A stretch of 64,000 bases of DNA from Hydrogenophilales bacterium (lineage in GTDB: Bacteria > Pseudomonadota > Gammaproteobacteria > Burkholderiales > Thiobacillaceae). Positions 48,963 to 60,842 of the stretch are shown here, one piece after another; the stretch's first letter is position 1; the number at the start of each line of letters is the position of its first letter. A program made the position numbers and the translations under genes. A model generated the notes under the pieces. It worked only from the letters and a program-made list of their open reading frames with translations. It had not been told where the DNA came from and did no database searches. The stretch spans positions 5,136 through 69,135 of the forward strand of contig JADJYY010000019.1 of the NCBI GenBank assembly GCA_016719465.1, read 5' to 3'.

Positions 48963-50129
48963 CTAGTCTTTTCCGAACAGATCCCGGCTGTAGACCTTGT
49001 CCGCCACATCGCGGATGTCGTCGGTGATGCGGTTGGCGACGATGACGTCGGATTGCCGCTTGAATTCGGCCAAGTCATTGACGACCCGTGAGTGGAAGAA
49101 CTCCGCGTCCTTCAGCACCGGCTCGTAGACGATGACCTCGATGCCCTTGGCCTTGATGCGCTTCATGATGCCCTGGATGCTGGAGGCGCGGAAGTTGTCC
49201 GAGCCGCTCTTCATGATCAGGCGATGGACGCCGACGATCCTGGGCTTGCGACTGAGGATGCTGTCGGCGACGAAGTCCTTGCGGGTGGTGTTGGAATCGA
49301 CGATGGCGCGCATCAGGTTCTGGGGCACGTCCCGGTAGTTGGCCAGGAGTTGCTTGGTGTCCTTGGGCAGGCAGTAGCCGCCATAGCCGAAGGAAGGATT
49401 GTTGTAGTGCTCGCCGATGCGCGGGTCCAGGCAGACACCCTGGATGATGTGCTTGGTGTCCAGCCCGTGGGTGGCGGCGTAGGTGTCCAGTTCGTTGAAG
49501 TAGGCCACGCGCATGGCCAGGTAGGTATTGGCGAACAGCTTGATGGCCTCGGCCTCGGTGGAGTCGGTGAACAGCACCGGGATGTCCCGCTTGATGGCAC
49601 CCTGCTTCAGCAGGCTGGCGAAGGTCGCCGCCCTCTCGGATTGCTCGCCAATGATGATGCGGGAGGGGTGGAGGTTGTCGTAGAGGGCTTTGCCCTCGCG
49701 CAGGAATTCGGGTGAGAAGATCAGGTTTTCACAGTTGAACTCCGCCTTCAGCTTGGCGGTGTAGCCTACCGGCACGGTGGACTTGAGGATCATCACCGCC
49801 TTGGGGTTGATCGCCTTGACATCGCGGATCACCGCCTCGACGGACCGGGTGTTGAAGTAGTTGGTCTCGGTGTCGTAGTCGGTGGGGGTGGCGATGACCA
49901 CATACTCGGCCCCGGCATAGGCGTCGGACTTGTCGAGGGTGGCCCGGAAGTTCAGGGGCTTGTTGCTCAGGTAGTCCTCGATTTCGCTGTCGATGATGGG
50001 CGAAACCTTGCGATTGAGCATCTCCACCTTCTCGGGGACGATGTCGAGGGCCACCACTTCATTGTGCTGGGCCAGCAGGATGGCGTTGGAGAGACCGACG
50101 TAGCCGGTGCCCGCGATGGCAATCTTCAT
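48963..50129 (-). CDS. ugd: UDP-glucose 6-dehydrogenase
   Basis: 388-aa [19 protein letters not shown]...; [10 protein letters not shown] catalytic Cys motif. Confidence 0.95.
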   Translation of the reverse strand: MKIAIAGTGYVGLSNAILLAQHNEVVALDIVPEKVEMLNRKVSPIIDSEIEDYLSNKPLNFRATLDKSDAYAGAEYVVIATPTDYDTETNYFNTRSVEAVIRDVKAINPKAVMILKSTVPVGYTAKLKAEFNCENLIFSPEFLREGKALYDNLHPSRIIIGEQSERAATFASLLKQGAIKRDIPVLFTDSTEAEAIKLFANTYLAMRVAYFNELDTYAATHGLDTKHIIQGVCLDPRIGEHYNNPSFGYGGYCLPKDTKQLLANYRDVPQNLMRAIVDSNTTRKDFVADSILSRKPRIVGVHRLIMKSGSDNFRASSIQGIMKRIKAKGIEVIVYEPVLKDAEFFHSRVVNDLAEFKRQSDVIVANRITDDIRDVADKVYSRDLFGKD

Positions 50130-50146
50130 GGTTGTTACCGTTTTCT

Positions 50147-50863
50147 TCAGGTTGATCGAGCGCCGATTTCAGCGGAAATTTGTTTCAGCGTGGCGACGGG
50201 ATCGGCCGACTGGGTGATGGGCCGGCCGATGACCAGATAATCGGCACCGGCCCGCAAAGCTTGAATCGGCGTAAGGACGCGGGTCTGATCGCCGACCTCG
50301 CCGCCGGCGGGGCGAATGCCCGGCGTGACCAGGCGGAAATCCGGCCCCAATTCCCGGCGCAGGGCGGGGGCCTCCAGGGCGGAACAGACCACGCCATCCA
50401 GGCCCGCTTCGGCGGTGAGACCGGCCAGGCGCAGGACCTGTTGCTCGGGGCCGGCATCGACGCCGATGGCGCCCAGTTCCTCCGGCCCCATGCTGGTCAA
50501 TACCGTCACGGCGATCAGCAACGGACGCCGTTCCAGTCCCTCCAGCGCTTCCCGGGCGGCGGCGAGCATGCGCGGTCCACCCGAAGCATGCACGTTCACC
50601 ATCCACACCCCGAGCCGAGCCGCCGCCCTGCAGGCCTGGGCCACGGTATGGGGGATGTCGTGGAACTTCAGGTCGAGGAACACCGCATAGCCCAGGGCCA
50701 CCAGTTCGCGCACGAAATCGGGGCCGGCGGCCACGAACAGTTCCTTGCCCACCTTGAGCCGGCAGAGTTCCGGACTCAGGCGGGCGACGACGCGGCGGGC
50801 CGATTCCGCATCCGGGTAATCCAGGGCGACGATGATGCGCGGGCCGAGGCCGGGCTCAGTCAT
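50147..50863 (-). CDS. pyrF: Orotidine 5'-phosphate decarboxylase
   Basis: 238-aa ORF; IVALDYP and [10 protein letters not shown] motifs. Confidence 0.94.
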   Translation of the reverse strand: MTEPGLGPRIIVALDYPDAESARRVVARLSPELCRLKVGKELFVAAGPDFVRELVALGYAVFLDLKFHDIPHTVAQACRAAARLGVWMVNVHASGGPRMLAAAREALEGLERRPLLIAVTVLTSMGPEELGAIGVDAGPEQQVLRLAGLTAEAGLDGVVCSALEAPALRRELGPDFRLVTPGIRPAGGEVGDQTRVLTPIQALRAGADYLVIGRPITQSADPVATLKQISAEIGARST

Positions 50864-52013
50864 GCTCCGACCTTTCCGGGGGAATGCTCTCCCAGCGCGC
50901 GCAGGCCGGGCATTGCCAGAAATACTGGCGCGCCTTGAAGCCGCAGCTCGCGCACTGGTAATAGGCGGTGCGACTGACCTGGCGATGCACCAGGTCCTGG
51001 GCCAGACGGCCCTCCACCGACTCCACGTTCACCGCGTTGCTGGCCTGAAGATAATCATCCAGGGCGCGCAGGCTGGGATGGCGCTTGAGCTCCTCGGCGG
51101 CGAGCTGGCGCGCGGCCTCCCAGCCCTGATTTTCCGCCACGGTCTGGAACAGCAGGTGCAACAGGTCCGGGCTGGAGCTTCGATCCAGGTACGCCTTCAG
51201 CAGCGCGATCACCTGCTCTTGCCGTCCCAGGCGGGTATGGACCTGAACCAGGCGTTCGGCGACGGTGGACAGATAGGCCGGATTGAGTTCTTCCAGGCGT
51301 CTCCAGGCCGCGATGGCGTCTTCGTCGCGGCCCGCCTTGATCTCCAGGTCGCCTTTCAGCAGCCAGGCCCTGGCCGAACGCTTGTTCTCGTCGAGGGCGT
51401 GTTCCAGGAAGGCCCGCGCGGCCTCGATGTCGCCCTTGAGCATGGCGGCCACGGCCAATTCGCAATAATAGTGGGCGGTATCCGCGTTCTGGGCCGGGCA
51501 ACCCAGTTTTTCCAGTCGTCCGGCCGTCTGGATGGCCTGCTCCCAATCCTTGGTGAGCACCTGGATTTCAAGGATGTTGCGCAGGGCGTCCAGGGCGTGG
51601 ATGCCGCTTTCAAGGCGGCGGAAGACGGACTCGGCCCGATCCAGCAGACCCGATTTCAGGAAATCCTGGCCCAGTTCGTACAAGGCCTTCATGCGCTGGT
51701 CCTGGGACAGGTCCGCCCGATCCACCAGGTTCTGGTGGATGCGGATGGCCCGGTCCAGTTCGCCGCGACGACGGAACAGGGCGCCCAGGGCGAAGTGCAG
51801 CTCCAGGGTGTCCGGATCCATCTTGGCCACTTCCAGGAAGGCCTCGATGGCCTTGTCCGGCTGCTCGTTGAGCAGGTAGTTGAGGCCCTTGAAATAGGAG
51901 CGGGGCACCGCCCGGGACTCCTGCATGACGTGGCGGATATCCACCCGCGCCGCCACCCAGCCCAGGGCGAAGAACAGGGGGATGACCAGCAGATACCAGG
52001 CTTCGAATTCCAT
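50856..52013 (-). CDS. lapB: Lipopolysaccharide assembly protein LapB (YciM)
   Basis: 385-aa ORF with an N-terminal TM segment, TPR repeats and a C-terminal zinc-finger CASCGF...CPACARW. Confidence 0.9.
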   Translation of the reverse strand: MEFEAWYLLVIPLFFALGWVAARVDIRHVMQESRAVPRSYFKGLNYLLNEQPDKAIEAFLEVAKMDPDTLELHFALGALFRRRGELDRAIRIHQNLVDRADLSQDQRMKALYELGQDFLKSGLLDRAESVFRRLESGIHALDALRNILEIQVLTKDWEQAIQTAGRLEKLGCPAQNADTAHYYCELAVAAMLKGDIEAARAFLEHALDENKRSARAWLLKGDLEIKAGRDEDAIAAWRRLEELNPAYLSTVAERLVQVHTRLGRQEQVIALLKAYLDRSSSPDLLHLLFQTVAENQGWEAARQLAAEELKRHPSLRALDDYLQASNAVNVESVEGRLAQDLVHRQVSRTAYYQCASCGFKARQYFWQCPACARWESIPPERSEHD

Positions 52014-52015
52014 GC

Positions 52016-52261
52016 TCAGTTCCTATCCAATTCTTTCCTCAAGCCGCGCAATTCACGATGGCTGCGCAGCAGGCGCATGGAACAGGCAAGCAGGCCGATG
52101 AGCAGCCCCAGGGCGAACACCACCAGGATGACCAGCGAAAGCGGCGCCTGCCATTCCAGGCCGAGGAAATACCTCAACGTGACCGTGTCGCTGTTCAGGG
52201 CCGCGAATCCCAACAGGAGAAGGAACAAGATGATTTTTACGGAGAGTGCCAGCAAACGCAC
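52016..52261 (-). CDS. lapA: Lipopolysaccharide assembly protein LapA (YciS/DUF1049)
   Basis: 81-aa two-TM ORF immediately upstream of lapB. Confidence 0.8.
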   Translation of the reverse strand: MRLLALSVKIILFLLLLGFAALNSDTVTLRYFLGLEWQAPLSLVILVVFALGLLIGLLACSMRLLRSHRELRGLRKELDRN

Positions 52262-52360
52262 GAGGGGAGCCGGGTCTTGGAATGAGCGGGATTGTAGAGG
52301 CTATTTCAGCCGGAATCATGCCCTTGCCGGATCAGGCCCGGACAACGATGTTCCACCAAG

Positions 52361-52390
52361 AAAAAAGGCGCCGACATGAGCGGCGCCTTC
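52361..52390 (-). terminator. Rho-independent terminator after ihfB
   Basis: The minus strand reads AAGGCGCCGCTCATGTCGGCGCCTT followed by TTTTT. Confidence 0.7.
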
Positions 52391-52412
52391 GAATGCACAA
52401 CTTGGACGAGCT

Positions 52413-52697
52413 TTATTCCTGGAAATCCACGCGATCGCGCAATTCCTTGCCCGCCTTGAAGTGGGGCACATACTTGCCCTCGACATGGACCTTCTCGCCG
52501 GTCTTGGGGTTGCGCCCCACCCGGGGCGGGCGGAAATTCAGGCTGAAACTGCCGAACCCGCGGATCTCGATGCGTTCCCCTTCCACCAGACTGCTGGTCA
52601 TGGCATCCAGGATCGTCTTCACCGCCAGTTCGGCATCCGCCGCCACCAGGTGAGGATGGCGCTCCGCCAGCCGGGCGATAAGCTCCGACTTGGTCAT
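52413..52697 (-). CDS. ihfB: Integration host factor subunit beta
   Basis: 94 aa from the ATG at 52697: [17 protein letters not shown]...[10 protein letters not shown]. Confidence 0.94.
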   Translation of the reverse strand: MTKSELIARLAERHPHLVAADAELAVKTILDAMTSSLVEGERIEIRGFGSFSLNFRPPRVGRNPKTGEKVHVEGKYVPHFKAGKELRDRVDFQE

Positions 52698-52711
52698 GGC
52701 GCCCACTTCAA

Positions 52712-54427
52712 TCATTCAGCGCTCTTGTTGTCGAGCTTGGCCTTGAGCAGGGCACCCAGGTTGGTGGTGCCGGTGGACTGCTCGGAAGCCAGCTTGCGCA
52801 GGGCCTCGGACTGCTCGGCGGCATCCTTGGCCTTGATGGACAAGTTGATCTGGCGGTTCTTGCGATCGATGTTGATGATCACGGTCTCCACCTCGTCGCC
52901 TTCCTTCATGTGGTTGCGGATGTCCTCGACCCGCTCGCGGGAAACCTCGGAAGCGCGCAGGTAGCCTTCCACCTCGCCGTCCAGGGTCACCACGGCGCCC
53001 TTGGCGTCCAGGGACTTGACGCTGCCCTTGACGATGGAACCCTTGTCATGGGTGGCCACGTAGGCGTTGAAGGGATCGTTCTCCATCTGCTTGACGCCCA
53101 GGGAGATGCGTTCCTTCTCCACGTCGATGGCCAGCACCACGGCTTCCACTTCCTCGCCCTTGCGGTAGTTGCGCAGGGCTTCCTCGCCGGCCAGGCTCCA
53201 GGACAGATCGGACAGGTGCACCAGACCGTCGATGCCGCCGTTCAGGCCGATGAACACGCCGAAGTCGGTGATGGACTTGATCTGGCCGCGGACCTTGTCG
53301 CCCTTCTTGTAGTTCATGGCGAAATCGTCCCAGGGATTGGACTTGCACTGCTTCATGCCCAGGGAGATGCGGCGGCGATCCTCGTCGATCTCCAGCACCA
53401 TGACTTCAACCTCGTCGCCCAGGGAAACCATCTTGGACGGATTGACGTTCTTGTTGGTCCAGTCCATCTCGGAGACGTGCACCAGGCCTTCGATGCCCGG
53501 CTCGATCTCGACGAAGCAGCCGTAGTCGGTCAGGTTGGCCACCTTGCCGAACATGCGGGTGCCGGTGGGGTAACGACGCGACAGGCCCACCCACGGATCT
53601 TCGCCCAGCTGCTTCAGGCCCAGGGAGACGCGGTTCTTTTCCTGGTCGAACTTGAGCACCACGGCGGTAACTTCGTCGCCCACGGTGACCACTTCGGAGG
53701 GATGCTTGACCCGACGCCAGGCCAGATCGGTGATGTGCAGCAGGCCGTCGATGCCGCCCAGATCCACGAAGGCGCCGTATTCGGTGATGTTCTTGACCAC
53801 GCCCTTGACCTGGGCGCCTTCCTTCAGGTTGGCCAGCAGGGACTCGCGCTCGGCGCCCATGCTCTGTTCCAGCACGGCCTTGCGGGACACCACCACGTTG
53901 TTGCGCTTGCGGTCCAGCTTGATGACCTTGAATTCGGATTCCTTGTTCTCGAAGGGGGTGGTGTCCTTGATGGGACGCACGTCCACCAGGGAACCGGGCA
54001 GGAAGGCGCGGATGCCGTTGCACATGACCGTGAGGCCGCCCTTGACCTTGCCGTTGATCACGCCCTTGACCACGCGACCTTCTTCCATGGCCGCTTCCAG
54101 GTCCAGCCAGGCGGCCAGGCGACGGGCGCGATCGCGCGACAGCTTGGTGGCGCCGTAACCGTCCTCGATGGATTCGATGGCGACCTGGACGAAATCGCCC
54201 ACGGTCACTTCCACTTCGCCGCGGTCGTTCTTGAACTCCTCGACGGGGATCAGGCTCTCGGACTTGAGGCCGGCGTTGACGGTGACGAAGTTGTCATCGA
54301 TGCCGACGACTTCGGCGGTGATGACTTCGCCATGACGCATTTCCTGTTTGGAAATGCTTTCCTCGAACATGGCGGCAAAGGATTCCATGGATTCCATGGC
54401 GGGTTGGGTAGCGGTTGCGGTGGACAT
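52712..54427 (-). CDS. rpsA: 30S ribosomal protein S1
   Basis: Start set at [24 protein letters not shown] (ATG at 54427). The protein has six S1 repeats. The exact start is uncertain by up to ~12 codons. Confidence 0.93.
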   Translation of the reverse strand: MSTATATQPAMESMESFAAMFEESISKQEMRHGEVITAEVVGIDDNFVTVNAGLKSESLIPVEEFKNDRGEVEVTVGDFVQVAIESIEDGYGATKLSRDRARRLAAWLDLEAAMEEGRVVKGVINGKVKGGLTVMCNGIRAFLPGSLVDVRPIKDTTPFENKESEFKVIKLDRKRNNVVVSRKAVLEQSMGAERESLLANLKEGAQVKGVVKNITEYGAFVDLGGIDGLLHITDLAWRRVKHPSEVVTVGDEVTAVVLKFDQEKNRVSLGLKQLGEDPWVGLSRRYPTGTRMFGKVANLTDYGCFVEIEPGIEGLVHVSEMDWTNKNVNPSKMVSLGDEVEVMVLEIDEDRRRISLGMKQCKSNPWDDFAMNYKKGDKVRGQIKSITDFGVFIGLNGGIDGLVHLSDLSWSLAGEEALRNYRKGEEVEAVVLAIDVEKERISLGVKQMENDPFNAYVATHDKGSIVKGSVKSLDAKGAVVTLDGEVEGYLRASEVSRERVEDIRNHMKEGDEVETVIINIDRKNRQINLSIKAKDAAEQSEALRKLASEQSTGTTNLGALLKAKLDNKSAE

Positions 54428-54468
54428 GTAGGGACCTGAGTAAAACCGTGTCGCCACGGCGGGTTGGT

Positions 54469-54520
54469 TAAAAAACAAAACCGAAAGGCGCACCGGTCTT
54501 TCCCGGGCACGGCCTTTCGG
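54469..54520 (-). terminator. Rho-independent terminator candidate after cmk
   Basis: The minus strand reads CCGAAAGGC-(22 nt)-GCCTTTCGG followed by TTTTGTTTTTT. Confidence 0.55.
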
Positions 54521-54524
54521 CGGT

Positions 54525-55196
54525 TCAAGCGGCGGAGGCTGTCCGGTACCCCTGGAGCACCCGCTCCACGGCCTGGGAAATGGTCAGGCCGGTGGTATCC
54601 AGCAAAGCGGCATCCGCCGTCTGTTTCAGGGGAGCGGCGGCGCGGGCGGCATCGCGCGCATCCCGTTCGCTCAAGTCCTGAAACAGGGCGGCGAGATTAG
54701 CATCGAAACCTTTTTCAATCAACTGCTTATAGCGCCTTTGCGCGCGCGCCTCGCGGCTCGCCGTGAGGAAGATTTTGACGGTGGCGTCCGGAAATACCAC
54801 CGAGCCCATGTCGCGTCCGTCGGTCACCAGGCCGGGGGCCTGGCGAAAGGCCCGCTGGCGCTCCAGCAGGGCGGCGCGCAGCACCGGCATGGCGGCGATC
54901 TTCGAGGCGGCGCGGCCCGCCTCCTCGGTGCGGATGGCATCGCCCACCGCTTCCCCGTCCAGAAACACCTCGCCCCCTTCGAAGCGCAGGTCCAGCCCCC
55001 TGGCCAGTTCCGCCAGCGCCGCCTCGTCGTCCAGGGACAGACCGGCGCGCTGGGCGGCATGGGCGGTGACCCGGTAGATGGCGCCGCTGTCCAGGTAATG
55101 AAAGCCCAGGGCCTGGGCCACCAGGGCGGCCACGGTGCCCTTGCCGGAGGCGGAAGGGCCGTCGATGGCGATGACGGGGATGCTTGGAGCAGTCAT
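54525..55196 (-). CDS. cmk: Cytidylate kinase
   Basis: 223 aa from the internal ATG: [21 protein letters not shown]. The ATG overlaps the aroA stop. Confidence 0.93.
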   Translation of the reverse strand: MTAPSIPVIAIDGPSASGKGTVAALVAQALGFHYLDSGAIYRVTAHAAQRAGLSLDDEAALAELARGLDLRFEGGEVFLDGEAVGDAIRTEEAGRAASKIAAMPVLRAALLERQRAFRQAPGLVTDGRDMGSVVFPDATVKIFLTASREARAQRRYKQLIEKGFDANLAALFQDLSERDARDAARAAAPLKQTADAALLDTTGLTISQAVERVLQGYRTASAA

Positions 55197-56515
55197 GAGG
55201 CGCGGAAGCTGGAAGCGTGGGTGATGGCGCCGAAGCGCTCGAAATAATCCGGGAAGGTCTTGGCCACGCACTTGGGATCGTTGATGCGCACCGGCACGCC
55301 GCCCAGGGCCACCAGGGAGAAGCACATGGCCATGCGGTGGTCGTCGTAGGTGTCGATTTGCGCGTTGGGTGTCAGCTTGGCGGGCGGGGTGACGCGGATG
55401 AAATCCCGCCCTTCCTCGACGGAGGCGCCGAGTTTGCGTAATTCCGTGGCCATGGCGGCGATGCGGTCGGTTTCCTTGACGCGCCAACTGGCGATATTGG
55501 ACAGCGTAGTGGTGCCGTTGGCGAACAGGGCCAGCACCGCCAGGGTCATGGCGGCATCCGGGATGTGGTTGCAGTCCAGGTCGATGGCGTGGAGCTTGTC
55601 GGCGCAGCCCAGGCGGCATTCGATCCATTCGGCCGACGCATCCCGACCGAAGCCGATCTCGGCGCCCATCCTGGCCAGGGCCTCGGCGAAGCGCACATCG
55701 CCCTGGATGCTGTCGCGGCCCACGCCCTGGACCCGCACCGGGCCGTGGCCGATGGCGCCGGCGGCGAGGAAGTAGGAGGCCGAGGAGGCATCGCCTTCCA
55801 CCAGGATTTCCGTGGGGCTGCGATAGGTGGCGACGGGCACGGTGAAGCGTTGCCAGCCTTCCCGGACCACTTCGATACCGTAGCGTTGCATCAGGTTGAG
55901 GGTGATCTCCACGTAGGGCTTGGAGATCAACTCGCCTTCCACCCGGATCACCACTTCCCGCCCCAGCAGGGGCGCGGCCAGCAGCAGACCAGTGAGGAAC
56001 TGGCTGGAGACGTTGCCCTTGACGCCGATCTCCCCCTCGACCGGCTCGGGAGGCGCGATGTGCAGGGGCGGGAAGCCGTCGTTTTCCGTGTAGTCGATCT
56101 GGGCGCCGGCCTGGCGCAGGGCATCCACCAGGTCGCCGATGGGCCGCTCGTGCATGCGCGGCACGCCGGACAGGGTGTAATCGCCGTGGGCGAAGGCGCA
56201 GGCGGCGGTGAGGGAGCGGAAGGCGGTGCCGGCGTTGCCCAGGAACAGGTTGGCGTATTTCACCGGGAAGGGGCCGCCCACCCCGTCCACCCGGTAGTCA
56301 TCCGTGCCCTCGATGCGCTGCCAGTCCACGCCCAGGCGATGCAGGGCGTCCAGCATCACCCGGGTGTCGTCGGAATCCAGCAGGCCCTTCACCAGGGTCT
56401 GCCCGGAGGCCAGGGCCGAGAGCAGGAGAATGCGGTTGGAGATGCTTTTCGAACCGGGCAGCCGCACTGTCCCCCGGGCGCCGGACAGGGCCGGCAGGTC
56501 GAGATAATCCATCAC
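55193..56515 (-). CDS. aroA: 3-phosphoshikimate 1-carboxyvinyltransferase
   Basis: 440-aa ORF; [14 protein letters not shown] motif. Confidence 0.95.
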   Translation of the reverse strand: MMDYLDLPALSGARGTVRLPGSKSISNRILLLSALASGQTLVKGLLDSDDTRVMLDALHRLGVDWQRIEGTDDYRVDGVGGPFPVKYANLFLGNAGTAFRSLTAACAFAHGDYTLSGVPRMHERPIGDLVDALRQAGAQIDYTENDGFPPLHIAPPEPVEGEIGVKGNVSSQFLTGLLLAAPLLGREVVIRVEGELISKPYVEITLNLMQRYGIEVVREGWQRFTVPVATYRSPTEILVEGDASSASYFLAAGAIGHGPVRVQGVGRDSIQGDVRFAEALARMGAEIGFGRDASAEWIECRLGCADKLHAIDLDCNHIPDAAMTLAVLALFANGTTTLSNIASWRVKETDRIAAMATELRKLGASVEEGRDFIRVTPPAKLTPNAQIDTYDDHRMAMCFSLVALGGVPVRINDPKCVAKTFPDYFERFGAITHASSFRAS

Positions 56516-57375
56516 TTACCCTTAATCCAATGTTGCCGTGCTTCCCGGGCCCGGCTGAACAAGTCCTCCAGCGCCGCGCCGTCGCCGGCCGCCACCCACT
56601 CGCGGATGTTCGCCAACTTGTCGATGAAGGCATCCAGTTCGACCACCAGGGCATCCTTGTTGGCCAGGGCGATATCCCGCCACATTTCCGGATGGCTGCC
56701 GGCGATGCGGGTGGAATCGCGAAAACCGCTGCCCGCATGCAGGAAATACGTTTCCGCGTTGGGGCGGCCGGCGAGTTCGTCCATCAGCGCGAAGGCCACC
56801 AGATGGGGCAGGTGGCTGACCGCCGCGTAAACCTTGTCGTGCTGCATGGGTTCCATGTTGGTGACCTGGGCGCCGCAGGCCTTCCACAGTGCCTGGACGG
56901 CTTCGACGTCTTGTGGCCGGTTTTCAGGGAGGGGGGTCAGGATGCAGGGCTTGCGCTGGAACAGGCCGCTACGGGCGGCCTCGGCGCCACTGGTCTCGGC
57001 GCCGGCGATGGGGTGGCCTGGCACGAAGCGGGCAATTTTTTCACCCAGGCCCGCCCGGGCGACGGCGATCACATCCTGCTTGGTGCTGCCGGCGTCGGTG
57101 AGGATGCAGTGGGGCGGCACGGTCGGGGCGATATCCCGGAACAGGGCGGCCATGGCGCCGACCGGGATGGCGATCATGACCAGATCGGCATCGGCCACCG
57201 CTTCGCCGGCGTGCTCGGCGATGGCATCGATGATGCCCAGTTCCCGGGCCTTCTCCAGGTTGGCCCGGCCGCGCCCGACGCCGGTTATCCGCCCCACCAG
57301 CCCCTTCTTCTTCAGGTCCAGGGCGAAGGAACCGCCGATCAGGCCGACGCCAATGACGACCAGGTGATCGATCAC
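56512..57375 (-). CDS. tyrA: Prephenate/arogenate dehydrogenase
   Basis: The GTG start at 57375 (GTGA overlap with the hisC stop) gives [20 protein letters not shown] (Rossmann). The upstream part of the ORF-track frame is not coding. Confidence 0.85.
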   Translation of the reverse strand: MIDHLVVIGVGLIGGSFALDLKKKGLVGRITGVGRGRANLEKARELGIIDAIAEHAGEAVADADLVMIAIPVGAMAALFRDIAPTVPPHCILTDAGSTKQDVIAVARAGLGEKIARFVPGHPIAGAETSGAEAARSGLFQRKPCILTPLPENRPQDVEAVQALWKACGAQVTNMEPMQHDKVYAAVSHLPHLVAFALMDELAGRPNAETYFLHAGSGFRDSTRIAGSHPEMWRDIALANKDALVVELDAFIDKLANIREWVAAGDGAALEDLFSRAREARQHWIKGK

Positions 57376-58487
57376 TTCGCCCCCAGAATCTCGCCCAGGG
57401 CGGCGAGGCAGCGCGCATTCTGTTCCGGCAGGCCGATGCTGACGCGCAGGTACTCGGGCATGGCGTAGTTGGCCACCGGCCGCACGATGACCCCCTTGCG
57501 CAGCAGGGCCTGGAACACCGGGCCGGCATCGCCGCCGGGGGCGACCCGGACCGCGACGAAATTGCCGGCGGAGGGAATCCACTCCAGCCCCAGCCCGCGG
57601 AAGCCCTCGGTGAACTGGGCCATGCCGTCATCGTTCAGCCGCTTGGTCCGGTCCAGGAACTCCGCGTCGTCCAGGGCGGCGGTGGCGGCGGCCAGGGCCA
57701 GGCTGTTGACGTTGAAGGGCTGGCGCACCCGGTTCAGCAGGTCCGCCACCTCCGGCCGGCATGCCGCGTAGCCGACGCGCAGGCCGGCCAGGCCGTAGGC
57801 CTTGGAGAAGGTGCGGGTGAGGATCAGGTTGGGGAACTCTTCCAGCCATTGCAGGGACGGCGCCCGCCGCGCCGGGTCCATGTATTCCACATAGGCCTCG
57901 TCCAGCACCACCACGGCCTCGGTCCGGGACAGGGCGGCCAGGGCGGCATGCAAGGCGCCGTTGTCGAGCAGGGTGCCGGTGGGGTTGTTGGGATTGGCGA
58001 TCCAGACCACGCGGGTGTGGCTTTTCACCCGGGCCAGCATGGCGTCCAGGTCGTGGCCGAAATCCTTGGCCGGCGCCTCGATGCCGATGGCGCCGGCGGC
58101 CTGGGTGGCCAGGGGATAGACGGCGAAGGCATGGCGCGAATAGACGGCGGAGGTACCCGGCGCCAGGAAGGCCCGGGCCACCAGGTCCAGCACGTCGTTG
58201 GAGCCGTTGCCCAGGACGATCTGGTCCAGGCCCACATCCAGCCGGGCCGCCAGGGCGGACTTCAGGGCGTAGCCGTTGCCGTCCGGATACAGGGCGATTT
58301 CGGCCATGGCATCGGTGATGGCCTGTTTCGCCCTGGAGCCGATGCCCAGGGGATTCTCGTTGGAAGCCAGCTTGACGATGTCCGCTTCGTTCAGGCCCAT
58401 CTCCCGGGCCAGTTCGGAAATCGGCTTGCCGGGCTGGTAGGGGGCGATGGCGCGGACGTAGTGGGGAGACAGTTCGGAGAGGGACAT
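57372..58487 (-). CDS. hisC: Histidinol-phosphate / aromatic aminotransferase
   Basis: 371-aa ORF; LASNENPLG and RTFSKAYGLAGLR (PLP Lys) motifs. Confidence 0.92.
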   Translation of the reverse strand: MSLSELSPHYVRAIAPYQPGKPISELAREMGLNEADIVKLASNENPLGIGSRAKQAITDAMAEIALYPDGNGYALKSALAARLDVGLDQIVLGNGSNDVLDLVARAFLAPGTSAVYSRHAFAVYPLATQAAGAIGIEAPAKDFGHDLDAMLARVKSHTRVVWIANPNNPTGTLLDNGALHAALAALSRTEAVVVLDEAYVEYMDPARRAPSLQWLEEFPNLILTRTFSKAYGLAGLRVGYAACRPEVADLLNRVRQPFNVNSLALAAATAALDDAEFLDRTKRLNDDGMAQFTEGFRGLGLEWIPSAGNFVAVRVAPGGDAGPVFQALLRKGVIVRPVANYAMPEYLRVSIGLPEQNARCLAALGEILGAK

Positions 58488-58520
58488 GGAATGGGGCTTG
58501 AACGTGGGCTTGAACAGGCT

Positions 58521-59582
58521 TCAGGCGGCGATGGGATAGGCGCCCAGCACCTTGAGGAAGGTGCAATGTTCCCGCACGGCCTCGAGGGCGCGCTGGATCT
58601 CGGGGTTGCTGCTGTGGCCTTCCAGATCCACATAGAACACGTATTCCCAGGCGCCGCTGCGGGCTGGCCGGGATTCCAGCTTGGACAGGCCGATGTCGTG
58701 GCCGGCGAAGGGGGCCAGCAGTTCCAGAAGGGCGCCGGGTTTGTTGCGCACCGATAGCACCAGGGAGGTCTTGTCGCGCCCGGAGGGCGCGGTCTCTTCC
58801 GGCCCCAGCACCAGGAAACGGGTGGTGTTGTTGGGCTCGTCCTCGATGTCGCGGGCGACGATGGCGAGACCATGGCGCTCGGCCGCCAGTTCGCCGGCGA
58901 TGGCGGCGGCCTCCGGGTTCCCCGCTGCCATGCGGGCGGCTTCGCCGTTGCTGGTGACGCGGATGGTTTCGACGCCGGGCAGGTGCTGGTTCAACCACTC
59001 GTGACACTGGCCCAGGGACTGGGCGTGGGAATAGACCGCCTTGATGCCGTCCAGGCCCTCGCCCTTGCGCATGAGGTGCTGACGCACGCGCAGCATCACC
59101 TCGCCGCAGATTTTCAGGGGGCTGTTGAGCATCAGGTCCAGGGTCCGGTTCACCGCCCCTTCCGTGGAGTTCTCCACCGGCGCCACGCCGTAGTGGGCTT
59201 CGCCCCGCTCCACCGCCTGGAACACCTCGTCGATGCTGGCGCAGGGCAGGCCGATGGCGGCATGGCCGAAGTGCTTGATGGCGGCGGCTTCGGAGAAGGT
59301 GCCCTCCGGCCCCAGGTAGGCGATGGTCAGGGGCTGCTCCAGGGAGCGGCAGGCGGACATGATCTCCTTGTAGATGACGGAGACGGATTCCGGCGTCAAG
59401 GGTCCCGGATTCGTGGACTGCATGCGCCTCACCACCTGGGCTTCCCGCTCCGGCTTGTAGATGACGCCGTTCTTGAGATGGCCGACTTCCTGGGCCAGAC
59501 GGGCCCGCTCGTTCAGCAGCTGGAGAACCTGGTCGTCGACCGCGTCGATGCGGTTGCGCAGGGAAAGGAGCGCGTCGCTCAT
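58521..59582 (-). CDS. pheA: Bifunctional chorismate mutase / prephenate dehydratase
   Basis: 353-aa ORF with a CM domain (LRNRIDAVDDQVLQLLNERA), a PDT domain and a C-terminal ACT domain (TRFLVLG...ESRP). Confidence 0.93.
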   Translation of the reverse strand: MSDALLSLRNRIDAVDDQVLQLLNERARLAQEVGHLKNGVIYKPEREAQVVRRMQSTNPGPLTPESVSVIYKEIMSACRSLEQPLTIAYLGPEGTFSEAAAIKHFGHAAIGLPCASIDEVFQAVERGEAHYGVAPVENSTEGAVNRTLDLMLNSPLKICGEVMLRVRQHLMRKGEGLDGIKAVYSHAQSLGQCHEWLNQHLPGVETIRVTSNGEAARMAAGNPEAAAIAGELAAERHGLAIVARDIEDEPNNTTRFLVLGPEETAPSGRDKTSLVLSVRNKPGALLELLAPFAGHDIGLSKLESRPARSGAWEYVFYVDLEGHSSNPEIQRALEAVREHCTFLKVLGAYPIAA

Positions 59583-59589
59583 CTTGGCA

Positions 59590-60768
59590 TCATTCCAGCG
59601 GCAGGTAGCGGATGCGGGACACGCCCTGGATGGCGGCGAGCTGGGCGATCACCGCATCGGGCACGGCGCTGTCCACGTCCACCAGGGTGAAGGCCATGTC
59701 GCCCTTGGACTTGTTCACCATGTTGTGGATGTTGAGGCCGGCGCCGGCCAGGGTGGTGGAGATCTGGCCCAGCATGTTGGGCACGTTGGCGTTGGCGATG
59801 GCCAGGCGGAAGGCGGATTCCCGGGGCAGGCTGAGGTTGGGGAAATTCACCGAATTGAGGATGTGGCCATTCTCCAGGTAATCGGCCACCTGCTCGGCCA
59901 CCATGATGGCGCAGTTCTCCTCCGCCTCTTCCGTGGAAGCGCCCAGGTGGGGCAGGGCCACGAAACGCTCGTGCTGGCGCAGCAGGTTGCTGGGGAAGTC
60001 GCACACGTAGGCGTGCAGCTTGTTGTCTTTCAGGCCGGCCAGCACGGCTTCCTCGTTGACGATACCGTCCCGGGCGAAGTTGAGCAGCACGCAGCCCTTC
60101 TTCATGACCTTCACCCGCTCGGCATTGATCAGATCCTTGGTGGCGGGTACCAGGGGGGTGTGCAGGCTGATGAAATCGGAATGCTTGACCAGATCGTCCA
60201 CCGAGGCGGCCTTCTTGACCTGTGACGGCAGGCGCCAGGCCGCGTCCACGGTGATCTCCGGATCGAAGCCGATGACATGCATCCCCAGGCGGATGGCGGC
60301 ATCCGCCACCAGGGAACCGATGGCGCCCAGGCCGATCACGCCCAGGGTGCGGCCCGGCAGTTCGTGGCCGACGAAATGCTTCTTGCCCGCTTCCACCTGC
60401 TTGTGCAGGGATTCGTCGTCGCCGTGCAGGCCGGCGACGAAATTCAGGGCCGGCAGCAGGTTGCGGGCGCCCAGCAGCATGCCGGCGATGACCAGCTCCT
60501 TCACCGCGTTGGCGTTGGCGCCGGGGGCGTTGAACACCACCACGCCCCGCTCGCTCATGGCCTTCACCGGGATGTTGTTGGTGCCGGCGCCGGCCCTGCC
60601 GATGGCCAGCACGCTGTCCGGGATGGGCATCTCGTGCATGACCTGGGAACGCACCAGGATGGCGTCGGGGTTTTCCAGGTCGTTGCCCACGCTGTAGTTC
60701 TCGGGCAGGCGGGCAAGCCCCCGCTTGGAAATCGCGTTCAGGGTGAGGATTTTCTGAGCCTTGGCCAT
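59590..60768 (-). CDS. serA: D-3-phosphoglycerate dehydrogenase (with C-terminal ACT domain)
   Basis: 392-aa ORF; GLGAIGSLVA NAD-binding motif; 2-hydroxyacid dehydrogenase core. Confidence 0.85.
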   Translation of the reverse strand: MAKAQKILTLNAISKRGLARLPENYSVGNDLENPDAILVRSQVMHEMPIPDSVLAIGRAGAGTNNIPVKAMSERGVVVFNAPGANANAVKELVIAGMLLGARNLLPALNFVAGLHGDDESLHKQVEAGKKHFVGHELPGRTLGVIGLGAIGSLVADAAIRLGMHVIGFDPEITVDAAWRLPSQVKKAASVDDLVKHSDFISLHTPLVPATKDLINAERVKVMKKGCVLLNFARDGIVNEEAVLAGLKDNKLHAYVCDFPSNLLRQHERFVALPHLGASTEEAEENCAIMVAEQVADYLENGHILNSVNFPNLSLPRESAFRLAIANANVPNMLGQISTTLAGAGLNIHNMVNKSKGDMAFTLVDVDSAVPDAVIAQLAAIQGVSRIRYLPLE

Positions 60769-60795
60769 CTGGGTCTCTCCAGGGATATCCGGGAT

Positions 60796-60826
60796 ACAAA
60801 AACAGGCCGGCGCCCGGGCGCCGGCC
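60796..60826 (-). terminator. Rho-independent terminator after serC
   Basis: Perfect 22-nt palindrome GGCCGGCGCCCGGGCGCCGGCC, followed on the minus strand by TGTTTTTGT. Confidence 0.7.
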
Positions 60827-60842
60827 GCGAAGGGGCGGAAAA